From assembly GCA_963803805.1 (NCBI GenBank), contig CAWDOD010000010.1, forward strand, positions 1-64,000: a stretch of 64,000 nt of DNA. The letters are read 5' to 3'. Position 1 is the first letter of the stretch. Each line of letters begins with the position of its first letter. Under the pieces are notes generated by a model. The model was not told where the DNA came from, ran no database searches, and saw only the letters and a program-made list of their open reading frames with translations. Made by a program: the position numbers and the translations under genes. Of the stretch, positions 49,824 to 61,016 are shown one piece after another. The DNA is from an uncultured cyanobacterium (GTDB taxonomy: Bacteria > Cyanobacteriota > Cyanobacteriia > Cyanobacteriales > CAWCAG01).

Positions 49824-51680
49824 ATGAGAATTTTATTGATTGATAATGATAAAACTTTAATTGATTTACTTCAGAGAATTCTTACAGAACAAAATTATGT
49901 CATTGATGCAGTCACTGATGGAGAGCAAGGCTGGATATACGGTTCAACCTATAGTTATGATCTCATTATCCTGGATTGGTCTTTACCCAAACTAGATGGA
50001 GTGAGTTTGTGTAAGCGTTTTCGCGCTTCTGATTATGATATGCCTATTCTGCTATTAACAGCACGTAATAGTAGTCAAGATAAGGTTCAAGGACTTGATG
50101 CCGGGGCAGATGATTATCTGTGCAAACCTTTTGATACTGAAGAATTGGCAGCACGTATTCGTGCTTTATTGCGTCGCCTCAATTCTGATTTCCTTTCTGT
50201 GTTGAGTTGGGGAAATATCAAACTAGATCCTTGTAGCGGTGAAGTAACCTATAAAGACCAATTATTGTCTTTAACTGCTAAAGAGTATGGATTATTAGAG
50301 TTATTTTTGCGTCACCCTCAAGAAGTTTTAAGCATAGAAGAAATTATTGAAAGCTTGTGGTCATCAACAGAATACCCTGCTGAGGCGACAGTTCGTTCTC
50401 ACCTTAGACGGTTACGCAAGAAACTCAAAAAAGCGGGCTTAACAGAAGATCCTATTGCCACGTTGCAAGGACGAGGATATTGTTTAAAATCTCTATCTAG
50501 GGGGAAGAATATTGAAGAGACGACTTCATCAATACAGCCAGAAAGTCACACAAGTAAGCGATCGCAGCATTTAGCAGCCCTAACCACAGCTTGGGAAAGA
50601 TATCAGTATAAAAGTAACCAACAGTTAGCTAATTTGGACTCAGCTATAAAAGCTTTGCACCAAGGCAAGCTTGAGACAGGCGATCGCCTGAGTGCCATGG
50701 CAACGGCTCATAGTTTAGCCGGGAATTTAGGACTATTTGGTTTTGAGGGAAGTTCCCAATTGGCTAAAAAAATAGAACAACTATTACAAACTGATCTGCG
50801 TAAAGATTCTCAACAAATCATACAGTTACAAACTATCTTCGATACTTTACGTCAGGAACTAGTTACTGAAGATCATCTTTCAGAGCAAATATCTTGCCAA
50901 CTAGAAGCAAATTCTCCTTTATTATTGATCATTGATGATGATACAAAATTTACTGAACGTTTAGGTCAAGAAGCTACTAGTTTTAGTATCCAAACTGCCA
51001 TTGTTCCGACAACAGAACTAGCTAAAAATTATCTAGAAGGAGAACTTCCTAGTGTAGTTCTTTTGAAAATTGCTTTTGAAGAATCAACATCTCATTCTAT
51101 ATTGCGAGAGGAGCGTCTATCTTTAATTGCTGAATTTAAGTTAATAGAACCATCAATACCGGTAATTGTGCTTGCTGATTGCGATCGCCTGCAAGATCGT
51201 TTACAAGTAGTGCGACATGGAGGTTCCTTTTTTCTAAAACAGCCTATGACTCCTAGGCAAATCATCTCTTTTTGCCAGAGAGTTTTGGAGCGTTCTTACC
51301 AAAATAAAAAAGTAATGATTGTCGATGACGACATAGAATTACTCCGAGTTTTACCTTCTATGTTACAACCTTGGGGTTTCAAGTTAACTACCTTAGATGA
51401 TCCGAGGCAATTCTGGGATGTGATTCAATCGGTACTTCCTGATGTCTTAGTACTAGATATAGAAATGCCTCATTTTAGTGGCATCGAATTGTGTAAAATG
51501 CTGCGAACTTATTCTTATTGGCGTAAGATACCCATTTTATTTCTTACCGTCCATACAGATAGATCGATGCAGGATCTGGTTTTTGCTAGCGGTGCTGATG
51601 ACTTTATTAATAAACCTATTGTTGGTAAAAAACTAGCAGAACGTATTATTAATCGTCTTGAGAGAATATTTGAGAGGTAA
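49824..51680 (+). CDS. Multidomain response regulator (REC-wHTH-Hpt-REC-REC, RcaC-like)
   Basis: OmpR-type N-terminus, AHSLAGNLG Hpt motif, two C-terminal receiver domains. Confidence 0.9.
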   Translation: MRILLIDNDKTLIDLLQRILTEQNYVIDAVTDGEQGWIYGSTYSYDLIILDWSLPKLDGVSLCKRFRASDYDMPILLLTARNSSQDKVQGLDAGADDYLCKPFDTEELAARIRALLRRLNSDFLSVLSWGNIKLDPCSGEVTYKDQLLSLTAKEYGLLELFLRHPQEVLSIEEIIESLWSSTEYPAEATVRSHLRRLRKKLKKAGLTEDPIATLQGRGYCLKSLSRGKNIEETTSSIQPESHTSKRSQHLAALTTAWERYQYKSNQQLANLDSAIKALHQGKLETGDRLSAMATAHSLAGNLGLFGFEGSSQLAKKIEQLLQTDLRKDSQQIIQLQTIFDTLRQELVTEDHLSEQISCQLEANSPLLLIIDDDTKFTERLGQEATSFSIQTAIVPTTELAKNYLEGELPSVVLLKIAFEESTSHSILREERLSLIAEFKLIEPSIPVIVLADCDRLQDRLQVVRHGGSFFLKQPMTPRQIISFCQRVLERSYQNKKVMIVDDDIELLRVLPSMLQPWGFKLTTLDDPRQFWDVIQSVLPDVLVLDIEMPHFSGIELCKMLRTYSYWRKIPILFLTVHTDRSMQDLVFASGADDFINKPIVGKKLAERIINRLERIFER

Positions 51681-51756
51681 TATCATTGCTCATTTTGGCA
51701 AAAAAAAATGGATAAGTTAGTATCGTGTTTGACTAACATAAATCCTCTTCTAAAAA

Positions 51757-52881
51757 ATGGCTAAAAACTCATATCCTCCTTTTAGCATCATTGTAGAAAC
51801 AGAAAATCTTCTTACCGCAAGTGTAGAAGAGTTTAGAGTCGCACTCTCTTCATTGATAAATCAAGATATTCCTTTGACATCAGCAAAAGAGGTAATTCTT
51901 CTGTGCGGTAACAATGTTTCTGATGAAATAAGCAAAGAAATCACCACTACCAATCCCTGGATTAAAACTGTTCAAATCCCTGATTCTTTAGGTTATTACG
52001 AAGTAAAATCCTATGGCTCTCAAATAGCTACAGGAGATATTCTTGTTTATGCTGATTTAGATTGTCAGTATGACCCTTGTTGGTTAAGGTCTTTACTAGA
52101 ATCTTTTACAACCAATGAGGGTATTGATATTGTTGCCGGGGAAACAGTTATTGCTGTTAAAAACCCCTATTCTATGGCCTTGGCGGTTAACTATATGCTG
52201 CATCGCCAAAAAACGCAGCAGCAACTACATTCTAGCTCTTACCCGATATATTACATCAATAACGTTGCTTTTAAGCGAGAAGTCTTATTAAAGTATCCCA
52301 TTCCCGAAAGACTTCCCATTTTTAGAGGTAGTTGCAGTATTCACGCCAGGATTTTAAAGCAAAATGGCCATACTATCTGGAAACAACCTTTAGCCAAAGC
52401 AATACACGCTACACCTAATAGTTTGACGAATTATTTATGGCGTTTCCTTTTAATGGGCCATGATAACTACTGGTTAGATATTTTGTATGATCAAATCAAG
52501 AAACAAAAACTTCAGCTATCTGCTACTTCATCTACATCAAAAGTAGATGCCACTCCAAAATCTGACAACTCAGATAAAAAATTTAAGCCCAAACCTTTAC
52601 ATTTTAGAGTGGCTAACAAACTTAACTATATCCTCAGCCAAACAAAAATTTACCTCCAAGATGCTCCCCATACAAGCATTTATCTTCCCTTAGCACTGCC
52701 GATCATCTTTCTGTCGCAATTGCTCATGTTATTGGGAAGATTGATTACTAAATATAACTCTCACTATCTGCTTAAGACTTATTTAGATAAATTTGAGCCA
52801 GCTTATAGTAAAACACTCAAATTCGACTCTTTGCCCGAAGATGCTAAACATTTCCAACTCAAAGAAGTGATTTGTAAATAA
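51757..52881 (+). CDS. Family 2 glycosyltransferase
   Basis: GYYEVKSYG...GDILVYADLDC...WL. Confidence 0.82.
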   Translation: MAKNSYPPFSIIVETENLLTASVEEFRVALSSLINQDIPLTSAKEVILLCGNNVSDEISKEITTTNPWIKTVQIPDSLGYYEVKSYGSQIATGDILVYADLDCQYDPCWLRSLLESFTTNEGIDIVAGETVIAVKNPYSMALAVNYMLHRQKTQQQLHSSSYPIYYINNVAFKREVLLKYPIPERLPIFRGSCSIHARILKQNGHTIWKQPLAKAIHATPNSLTNYLWRFLLMGHDNYWLDILYDQIKKQKLQLSATSSTSKVDATPKSDNSDKKFKPKPLHFRVANKLNYILSQTKIYLQDAPHTSIYLPLALPIIFLSQLLMLLGRLITKYNSHYLLKTYLDKFEPAYSKTLKFDSLPEDAKHFQLKEVICK

Positions 52882-52887
52882 AGTTTT

Positions 52888-54135
52888 ATGAAAGCCAAAA
52901 TACTCGTTTCAAAAGTTTTACCGGCTTGTTATAAAGGGGATCTTGCCATAGCAAAAAGTATGCTAGCCACTATCTCACGTACTCGCCCTAATTGGGAACT
53001 ATCAATTCTTTGTAGAAGACCGCTCAAAGATGCTAAGGAATTTTCTCCTTATGGAAAAGTCTATGGAGAACTTTTCCCTCCCAGAGGTTCTCTTCTTGGT
53101 AGAGTGATTTTTGTACGAGTATTGCGTTATTTGCTCTGGTTAACCTTGAAAATTCCCTGCCTCGATTCCCAAGCCCAGGAATATGTCAATTTATGTAAGG
53201 AAGCAAATGTTCTGGTTTTTTGTGGCGGAGGATCTCCTGGAGGATATGGAGTCACTAACTTGTTCCTTCACGCAGCGATACCAATCCTGATCGCAAAACG
53301 CCTTAATAAACCTGTTTTTCTTTCTGCACTCACTATCGAACTGCCAAAACGCAAGTTAGATAGATGGCTTACTCGTTTTATCCTTAAACAAGTTGATCTC
53401 ATTTCTTTACGGGAGATGCTATCAATAGAAACCCTAAAAAAGCTGGGAGTTCAAACTAAACGAGTTGTGACAGCAGACTGGGCATTTCTATTAGAAAATA
53501 CTTCATCAGAATCTGCATCGACTCTATTAAAAAATTTAGGTGTCCCTGACAATGACTCTTTACTAATCGGTATGAATTTGAGAGATCAAGGATCTGGAGA
53601 TTCTGATGGTCAAAATCGTGTTGGCTCAGCTTATGGGGCAACTTTAATAAAGGGAATCAAAGAAATTCTAGAACAGACCAAGGCAGTAATTGTTATTGTC
53701 TCTATGAATGTTCCCTCAGATTTCAAGTTCGCAAATCTAATTTATAACCAATTGCCATCTCCTTTAAAAACCAGAGTTTTTGTTGCAGAGGATTCATACT
53801 CACCTGAGCAAATTAAGGAGATTATCTCTAATATGGATATTTTTATTGGTACGAGACTTCATCCTACTATTTTTGCTCTATCTTCTCAAGTTCCTAGTAT
53901 GGCGATACATCATCTGATTAAAGTTAAAGGGCTAATGAAGCTTTTTGAATTAGAAAGATATTTTCTTGAAGTAGATAATATAGCAGCAGAGAAATTAAAT
54001 AACAAAGTTCAAGAACTAATAGTGCAAAAAGAGAATATTAGCCAAAAAATCGCTCGTAAACTTCCTGGTATAGAAAACGCAGCTTATAAAAATATTGAAT
54101 TGATTGAATCTTTGCTGAATAGAAACTATAATTAA
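52888..54135 (+). CDS. Polysaccharide pyruvyl transferase family (WcaK-like)
   Basis: KGDLAI, CGGG, LREMLS, ADWAF and IGTRLHPTIFA motifs. Confidence 0.88.
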   Translation: MKAKILVSKVLPACYKGDLAIAKSMLATISRTRPNWELSILCRRPLKDAKEFSPYGKVYGELFPPRGSLLGRVIFVRVLRYLLWLTLKIPCLDSQAQEYVNLCKEANVLVFCGGGSPGGYGVTNLFLHAAIPILIAKRLNKPVFLSALTIELPKRKLDRWLTRFILKQVDLISLREMLSIETLKKLGVQTKRVVTADWAFLLENTSSESASTLLKNLGVPDNDSLLIGMNLRDQGSGDSDGQNRVGSAYGATLIKGIKEILEQTKAVIVIVSMNVPSDFKFANLIYNQLPSPLKTRVFVAEDSYSPEQIKEIISNMDIFIGTRLHPTIFALSSQVPSMAIHHLIKVKGLMKLFELERYFLEVDNIAAEKLNNKVQELIVQKENISQKIARKLPGIENAAYKNIELIESLLNRNYN

Positions 54136-54213
54136 TTACTTGATCGTGTTTATTGTTAAATAATAATATTTTTCTCAAAAATCTATAAGCAATCAATTAG
54201 TAACCTACTTAAG

Positions 54214-55164
54214 CTATCTCCATAAGCGATTTCTCCAAATGTAAAAAGGGCTAATTAAAATACTTAGTAATAGCACTGTTTCACAAGCGGCAACTGTATC
54301 AGTTTTAAGCTTAGTCCAATTGCTAGCAATATGTAAGATAAGCTTTCGCAAATCATTCCCTAAATAAGCAAAAAAGGCTAATGGTCTTTGCCATCGCTTA
54401 AGCCTGAGCATTCTGATATAATGCCTAGTTAATCCTGAATTGCGGCTTAGGGAGATTAAATAACTGCGTTCCATCCTCCAAGCAGGAATATGGTGATATA
54501 CGTGCATCTCAGGGTTATACCAAATCTCCCAGCCAGCGTTCTGGATGTAGGACAATATTTCTAAATCTTCCCCTTTGGTTGAAAGAGATTTTTCATTAGG
54601 CCCTAAAAGTACTAATTTATCAGGTACAGTTTCTGTCCAAGCTTGTTTAGCGATAACAATACTAGCTCCTGGAGGAAGAACTTTTTGTTTATGTTGGTTA
54701 TAACAAAAAGGTTTTTTTCCTCTTTCAATTATAGCTAAATAAACAGCTATCTTTTGGAAATCATGAGGTGTTTCGGTTTCAAATTCCCCATGAACTTGAC
54801 CACCATAAGCCCCTGCTTGAGGATGCTGTTTACCAAAGGAATAAGCTTGAAATACCCAATCAGAAGCGGGTAAGTTGTCATCATCGAGGAAACCAATTAA
54901 GGAACCTTGGGCTTCTTTAATAGCCCTTTGCCTAGCAATTGATGCCCCTTGTTGAGGTTCAAAATAATATTTAAGAGGATAGGAATAGTGCCAATTGGAT
55001 TGGTATTGAGCAACAACTTTAGCTGTACCATCGTTACTGTTATTATCAACAACCACAATTTCCCAGTTTATTGCTTCTGTATTAACCTGGGAGCGTAGTT
55101 TATCTAAAAGATCAGGTAATAGATGTTCCCCATTATAGGTACGGATAGCAACTGTAAAATCCAT
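54214..55164 (-). CDS. hpsE: Hormogonium polysaccharide biosynthesis glycosyltransferase HpsE-like (GT2)
   Basis: DFTVAIRTYNG, FLDDDNLP, LPPGA, GEDLE and GWEIWYNP motifs. Confidence 0.85.
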   Translation of the reverse strand: MDFTVAIRTYNGEHLLPDLLDKLRSQVNTEAINWEIVVVDNNSNDGTAKVVAQYQSNWHYSYPLKYYFEPQQGASIARQRAIKEAQGSLIGFLDDDNLPASDWVFQAYSFGKQHPQAGAYGGQVHGEFETETPHDFQKIAVYLAIIERGKKPFCYNQHKQKVLPPGASIVIAKQAWTETVPDKLVLLGPNEKSLSTKGEDLEILSYIQNAGWEIWYNPEMHVYHHIPAWRMERSYLISLSRNSGLTRHYIRMLRLKRWQRPLAFFAYLGNDLRKLILHIASNWTKLKTDTVAACETVLLLSILISPFYIWRNRLWR

Positions 55165-55431
55165 TATGACTTAGCCCTAATAATTGCTTGATTTGGATAA
55201 TACTAACTTTCCCGTATTGTAATCAAATGTTGATATCCCAAACCACTTTTGTAAAGTTTTACTTTTATTAAAGAAACTTTATTACAATCACAAATAGGGG
55301 ACTTTCCAGTAAATTTGCTGTCACTTTAGGGAAAAAATAACCAGAGGGATATTCAAGCTATTCTAAGTGATTTCTTACAACTTTAAACTGTCTAAATATT
55401 CTACAATAAACATTTAATTAGTAATTAAGAA

Positions 55432-56760
55432 TTATTTGCCATTTACATAATAGTCCCTAGTTCCTTTCGCGTCCAAAGCCTCTCCTAGGCGATTTAAAGC
55501 ATGGATATAAGCAGCAGTACGCATGGAAACATTTAACTGTTGAGAAATTGACCAGGTTTTCTGGGTTTCTACGATGATCTTTTCTTGTAAACGCTCTTGA
55601 ACTTCTGCTAAATGCCAATACAAACCACTACGATTTTGTACCCACTCAAAATAACTAACTGTTACCCCTCCAGCGTTAACTAAAATATCAGGAAAAACTT
55701 TGATTTGTTTACTTTCTAAAATAGCGTCAGCACCAGAGGTTATGGGGCCATTGGCAACTTCAAAAATGAATTTAGCTTGAATATCAGCAGCATTTGCTTC
55801 TGTGATTTGCTTTTCTAAAGCCGCAGGAACTAAAACATCAACATCTAAAGTTAATAAATCTGCGTTGCTAATTACTTGATGTTCAACAATATTACAAACA
55901 CTATCTTGGCAGTAAACTGCTTTAATCCCACGACGCTCATTTTTGTAAGTGCGAATACTAGGAATATCTAATCCTCCAACTGCATAAATTCCCCCTTGAG
56001 AGTCACTTACAGCCACAACTTTGTAGCCAGCATGAAATAGTAATTCTGCTAGTTTTCCTCCCACCTTGCCGAAGCCTTGTACAGCAATAGTCGTTTCTTG
56101 AGGCTTTTGCTCAAACTTGGGCAAAATAGTGTTAATCACCTCAAAAGCTCCCATAGCTGTAGCCACATCCCTACCTTGGCTTCCTCCCATAGTTAAAGGT
56201 TTCCCTGTTACTACCGCAGGGCTAATTTTGCGCCGGATGATACTATATTGATCCATCATCCAACCCATAATTGTGGCATTAGTATAAACATCGGGGGCGA
56301 GGATATCTACATCAGGACCAATAAAATCAGCGATCGCATCAATATAACCCCGACTTAAGCGTTCTAATTCTGATTTGGATAACTCTTTGGGGTTAAGAGT
56401 AATACCACCTTTGCCTCCTCCAAAAGGCAAATTAAGTAAAGCGCATTTGAAAGTCATCCAAAAAGCTAAAGATTGTACTTCATCAAGGGAAACTCCGGGA
56501 TGATAGCGCACTCCCCCTTTAGCAGGCCCTCTGGTATCATCGTAGCGTACTCGATATCCTGAGAAAACTTGCAAAGAACCATCATCCATCCTAACAGGAA
56601 TAGATACTCTCAAACTAGCCTTGGGGTGCTTCAAGCGTTGGATAGCATCTTCAGAAATCGCCACATACTTTAAAGCTTTTTCTAATCTTTTGCTAGCATC
56701 GGCAAAAAGAGTGTCTGATTTTTTTTCTTCCCAAGGAATAACGGTTTTAGTCATAAACAA
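55432..56760 (-). CDS. gdhA: Glu/Leu/Phe/Val dehydrogenase (glutamate dehydrogenase)
   Basis: GPAKGGVRYH, PFGGGKGG, APDVYT, QGFGKVG and NAGGVTVSYFEW motifs. Confidence 0.93.
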   Translation of the reverse strand: MFMTKTVIPWEEKKSDTLFADASKRLEKALKYVAISEDAIQRLKHPKASLRVSIPVRMDDGSLQVFSGYRVRYDDTRGPAKGGVRYHPGVSLDEVQSLAFWMTFKCALLNLPFGGGKGGITLNPKELSKSELERLSRGYIDAIADFIGPDVDILAPDVYTNATIMGWMMDQYSIIRRKISPAVVTGKPLTMGGSQGRDVATAMGAFEVINTILPKFEQKPQETTIAVQGFGKVGGKLAELLFHAGYKVVAVSDSQGGIYAVGGLDIPSIRTYKNERRGIKAVYCQDSVCNIVEHQVISNADLLTLDVDVLVPAALEKQITEANAADIQAKFIFEVANGPITSGADAILESKQIKVFPDILVNAGGVTVSYFEWVQNRSGLYWHLAEVQERLQEKIIVETQKTWSISQQLNVSMRTAAYIHALNRLGEALDAKGTRDYYVNGK

Positions 56761-56887
56761 CAGTAATTTTTTCTGATTTATCCTTTAGTTATCTAATTGT
56801 CCCAGACAAAGAATATAAAAGGTTTCTATACTGGAAAAAGGTTGTATTTATTATTATTTCTTTGAATTTTTTTCGAGCGCAACCTTT

Positions 56888-57439
56888 ATGATTGTCGCTT
56901 TATTAGCTGCCCTTTCTGCTTCTGCCGCCGCAGGTATGCGTATTGCTTTACCTTTGTTAGTAATCGGCTTGCTACAAACTGATAGTTTGTGGGCTAATAT
57001 CCCTTTATTGTGGCGAGTTCCTCCCCCAGTTCTCTTGTCAATACTTACTAGTTGGTCAATTTTTGAACTTTTCGGTTCTAAAGGATTACTAGGACAAAGG
57101 GTTCTTCAGGTATTAGGATTATGCTTTAGTCCTTTAGTTGGGGCTTTATTAAGTGTTGCGGTAATCAAAACCACAGGAATTGTTATTGAACAACTCTGGT
57201 TAATTGGTATCATTGGGGGCTTACTAGCTTTGGTACTACAATTAGTACAAATAGGTTGGTTTTTTCGCTTGCGAGGTTTACCTATTTGGTTGGTTTTGTT
57301 AGAAGATGCCCTTTGTATCTGCTTGATATTCTTCGCTTTCAATGCACCCCAACAAGGTGGTTTAATTGCGATGTTACTGCTTTGGTTAGCTACCCGTAGT
57401 TCTAAGGAATGGCATCAGTGGTATAAAGGGAATAATTAA
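56888..57439 (+). CDS. DUF4126 family membrane protein
   Basis: SAAAGMRIALPLL, multi-TM, ED motif. Confidence 0.8.
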   Translation: MIVALLAALSASAAAGMRIALPLLVIGLLQTDSLWANIPLLWRVPPPVLLSILTSWSIFELFGSKGLLGQRVLQVLGLCFSPLVGALLSVAVIKTTGIVIEQLWLIGIIGGLLALVLQLVQIGWFFRLRGLPIWLVLLEDALCICLIFFAFNAPQQGGLIAMLLLWLATRSSKEWHQWYKGNN

Positions 57440-57520
57440 TAATCAATGTACGGCTTGCCGTTGCCGTTAGGCATCATTGCTAATGGCTAATAGCTAGTTG
57501 CTAATTATTTTATTTCCCCA

Positions 57521-58609
57521 TCAAAGATCAACAGGTATCTCTACAGGTTGATAGGGCATTTTAAAAAATCCCCTGACTGCTTTTTCTTTTTGGCTAGAAG
57601 TTCGCTTTTGCTGGCAGCGTAAACCCATAATAGTTTTTAATCTGGGGGAATCTCCAGGAACTCTGGTTTTCCCGATCACAATTCTTTCAGCAGCGATGAA
57701 AACATCATCTTGATTGGGATAATTGGGGTCATAAATATAGAGTTTAATATCATTACCTGATTCTTCATACCTGTAAGCGAGAACTTGGTGATTTTCCCAA
57801 ATTTGAATACTACTTCCTCCCACATAAACTAAACCGATAACCACTAAATTACCGTCATCTAAATCCGCACTGATTTCCTCAAACTGATCGTAAGTACGTT
57901 TTTGTGTACCAAAAACTGTATCTTCCGGTAGTACCATCCACTGAGCAAATTTAGCAACATGGGTTCCAAATGCACCAAAAGAATCTGTCTGTCGGCGATA
58001 AAGATATTTATAAAAAGGAGTTCCCTTTGCCGGAGGTTCTTTTAGTTCCGGTATCGGTTTTTGTGCTAAGAAAAAGTCGCAAGTAGCAGCAGACATTCCC
58101 CCACATAAACCGTAGGTGGATTGAATATCAGTTAAGTTGGGTAGTTTGGGGACAGAAAATGGTAAAGGGTAGCCGGGGAAGCGATTGAGGAAGTTAAAGC
58201 CATGTTGGGAAGGAATAAAAGTGACATCAGGAGTGAAAATTTCTGGTAAACGGAATTCCCGAACAAAGGGAATCATCGCTGCGGTGTGGCGTTTGGTTCT
58301 TCCCTTGTAGCTGTAGCGAAATTCTAAGTAAGGCAAATAAATATCCTTGAGATCCGGGAGGCGATGGCTACGGCTAGCCCGATTCCAGTTAAAGAGGCTT
58401 TGAGGTAATTTAGTTGTGATAGTTTTATAGTCGAGGTAGCGAGAAGATTCGTAGGTTAAAGTAAATTTACCCTGGGAATCTGATAAACCAGCTTTGATGG
58501 TGAGATTATCGTCTTTGTCCCCTTCATCTTTATCAAAGATGCGAACCTGCACGTTTTCTGCGGTTACGCCATTTTCAAAGAGGATTTTACCAGAGAATGT
58601 TTCTATCAT
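57521..58609 (-). CDS. Hypothetical protein: transthyretin-like N-terminus plus putative papain-fold Cys peptidase
   Basis: VRIFDKD...SDSQGKF N-terminus; GLCGGMS (Cys), NHQVLAY (His) and IYDPN (Asp). Confidence 0.65.
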   Translation of the reverse strand: MIETFSGKILFENGVTAENVQVRIFDKDEGDKDDNLTIKAGLSDSQGKFTLTYESSRYLDYKTITTKLPQSLFNWNRASRSHRLPDLKDIYLPYLEFRYSYKGRTKRHTAAMIPFVREFRLPEIFTPDVTFIPSQHGFNFLNRFPGYPLPFSVPKLPNLTDIQSTYGLCGGMSAATCDFFLAQKPIPELKEPPAKGTPFYKYLYRRQTDSFGAFGTHVAKFAQWMVLPEDTVFGTQKRTYDQFEEISADLDDGNLVVIGLVYVGGSSIQIWENHQVLAYRYEESGNDIKLYIYDPNYPNQDDVFIAAERIVIGKTRVPGDSPRLKTIMGLRCQQKRTSSQKEKAVRGFFKMPYQPVEIPVDL

Positions 58610-59237
58610 GGGGAAGAGCGGCAGTTGGATCAAGTAATAAGTAATAACTTTGACGTAAATGACGATTACTTTTATTTTTCTCAAATAATAAGAGGAAGAT
58701 TAGAATTCAAGTGTCCTCCTAGAACTAGTGAGGATTTTTGAAGTTTTTATTTGTAAGCTAAAAGCAATTTAACTTTATTAATAGACTAGCTAAGTTGCTT
58801 AATTAATTGAGTTGAAATGCTGAACTACAATATTTTTCTGCTGGAGATCATAACTGGTTTTTCATGAAAATGCCATCTTGTCAATAGGGTATTTTGTTAC
58901 AGCTAAAAAAGAAGTTTTTGTCTTATAGTTGTAGCGTCATATTTTTTTCTTCCTAAGCTTTTCAAGTTAGAGGAAAGCTCGATATATAGCTATTTTGCTT
59001 TATTGGAGTTATTTTAAGCACATGAACAGCAATATTACTATTTTTAGTTATTGCTTTTTAATCCTATTACAAAAAGAAGCCCTCTCAATGTCTTATAAAA
59101 TCGTTCTTGATATAACTTCACAAATACACTGGAAATTTGCTTAGGTTTAAATAATTAAAAGCTTAACTAGCAAAAAGACAAGCTTTACTTATGAATTTGA
59201 ATTAACCTAAGTCTGGAACGCATCCGCTTTTTTCTTT

Positions 59238-59316
59238 CTTGACATGATATTATGTATATGGTGGAAAAGGTGCGCCCTAAAAAAAGACTTTCAAAACTCT
59301 TTTTACTCTTCAGTGA
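59238..59316 (+). repeat. Dispersed ~80-bp non-coding element, copy 2
   Basis: Matches 1498-1577. Confidence 0.8.
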
Positions 59317-59408
59317 CTTTATCAGTAAAAAATCAAGGTCAAGGCTTTCTTGCGATTACTTATTGTTGTTCAAACGTGTAACAGCTTAATGTAGATTCAA
59401 ATCGTGCC

Positions 59409-59801
59409 TTAAAGTTGCTCAATTAACTTAGCAACTCGCTCTTTAATTTCATCCCTGACACGGTGAAACGTTGCCATCGGTTGTCCGTCAGGATCATCTA
59501 ATTCCCAATCTGCAAACACTTCCTGCCTTACCCACTCAGGGGGTAAACCCGTTCCACAGCCACACATAGAAATGACCGCATCGTAATCTTTGGCATTAAA
59601 ATCTTTTAAAGAGTCAGAGGTTTGCTTACTAATATCAATACCGACTTCTGACATGACTTTAATAGCAGTAGGATGTACCCGACTAGCTTCTAACCCAGAA
59701 GAAGTAACCTCAATTTTTCCTTCTCCTAATGTTTTCGCAAAACCTTCTGCCATTTGGGAACGGCAGGAGTTTCTTTTGCAAACAAACATAACTTTTTTCA
59801 T
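59409..59801 (-). CDS. arsC: Arsenate reductase (LMW-PTP fold, cyanobacterial glutaredoxin type)
   Basis: CKRNSCRSQMAEG, CGC and DDPDG motifs. Confidence 0.95.
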   Translation of the reverse strand: MKKVMFVCKRNSCRSQMAEGFAKTLGEGKIEVTSSGLEASRVHPTAIKVMSEVGIDISKQTSDSLKDFNAKDYDAVISMCGCGTGLPPEWVRQEVFADWELDDPDGQPMATFHRVRDEIKERVAKLIEQL

Positions 59802-59823
59802 GGTTTTTATTTAGCCAAATCAA

Positions 59824-60978
59824 CTATCTATAAGGACTAGCACAACGAGGATCAAGCAAGGTTGCTTTTTCAGGATGTCTGGGAAACCAATTAGCGGTAC
59901 GTTTACAAAATTCTACCAACATCAACATTACTGGTACTTCAATCAACACCCCTACTACTGTTGCTAAAGCTGCACCTGAGTTTAGTCCGAATAGAATGAC
60001 TGCGGTGGCGATCGCAACTTCAAAGTGGTTACTTGCACCAATTAAGGCAGCGGGGGCTGCATCTTCGTAATCTAAACCTAACTTCAAGGCTGCAACGTAG
60101 GTGATGAAGAAGATAAAGTTAGTTTGTAAAAATAAGGGAACAGCAATTAATAAGATGTGTAGGGGGTTACTGACTATTAATTCTCCTTTAAAAGCAAACA
60201 GCAGCACTAAGGTAAGAAGTAAAGCTGCGATCGCAACGGGAGAAAGATAGTGGAGAAACTTTTCCTCAAACCAGCGTCTTCCTTTATATTTAAAAATCCA
60301 GTAACGGCTAAAAACCCCGGCTATTAAAGGCAAACCGACATAAATTAACACTGAAAGGGCAATAGTTTCCCAAGGTACAGTGAGGTTATTGGCTGATAGT
60401 AACCATTTGCCCAATGGTGCATAGAGAAATAACATCGCCAAGGAGTTAACTGCCACCATCACCAAAGTATGTCCTTGGTTACTGTAAGATAGGTAGCCCC
60501 ACATCAGTACCATTGCTGTACAAGGAGCAATTCCCAGTAAAATTGCCCCAGCAATATAAGAGTTAGCTAAGGTGACTTCAACACCCCGTACCAATTCTGT
60601 TGCCGACAACCAAGGCTTAAACAGCCCACCAAGGAAAAACCGGGCAAATACCACCATGGTAAAGGGCTTGATTAGCCAGTTTATTACTAAGGTTAATAAT
60701 ACCGGTTTGGGGGTTCGTGCTGCTTTGGCTGCTTGGCTAAAGTCGATTTTCACCATGATGGGATACATCATGAAAAACAGACAGATGGCAATAGGCAACG
60801 AAACGTTATAAATGCTCATCCCATCGAGAGATTGAGCAACCCCAGGAAAGATTTTTCCCAGGACAATACCAATCACAATGCACAGAGCAACCCAGAGAGT
60901 AAGGTACTTTTCAAAAAAGCTAAGTTGACTACCAGCTTTGACAGCTTTGGCATTAATTTGCGGACTTTCTGAATTCAT
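59824..60978 (-). CDS. acr3: ACR3 family arsenite efflux transporter
   Basis: [24 protein letters not shown] and [10 protein letters not shown] motifs. Confidence 0.96.
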   Translation of the reverse strand: MNSESPQINAKAVKAGSQLSFFEKYLTLWVALCIVIGIVLGKIFPGVAQSLDGMSIYNVSLPIAICLFFMMYPIMVKIDFSQAAKAARTPKPVLLTLVINWLIKPFTMVVFARFFLGGLFKPWLSATELVRGVEVTLANSYIAGAILLGIAPCTAMVLMWGYLSYSNQGHTLVMVAVNSLAMLFLYAPLGKWLLSANNLTVPWETIALSVLIYVGLPLIAGVFSRYWIFKYKGRRWFEEKFLHYLSPVAIAALLLTLVLLFAFKGELIVSNPLHILLIAVPLFLQTNFIFFITYVAALKLGLDYEDAAPAALIGASNHFEVAIATAVILFGLNSGAALATVVGVLIEVPVMLMLVEFCKRTANWFPRHPEKATLLDPRCASPYR

Positions 60979-61016
60979 CTTTCACTCTCAAGCTTGTGGG
61001 AGTGATTTGATTATAT

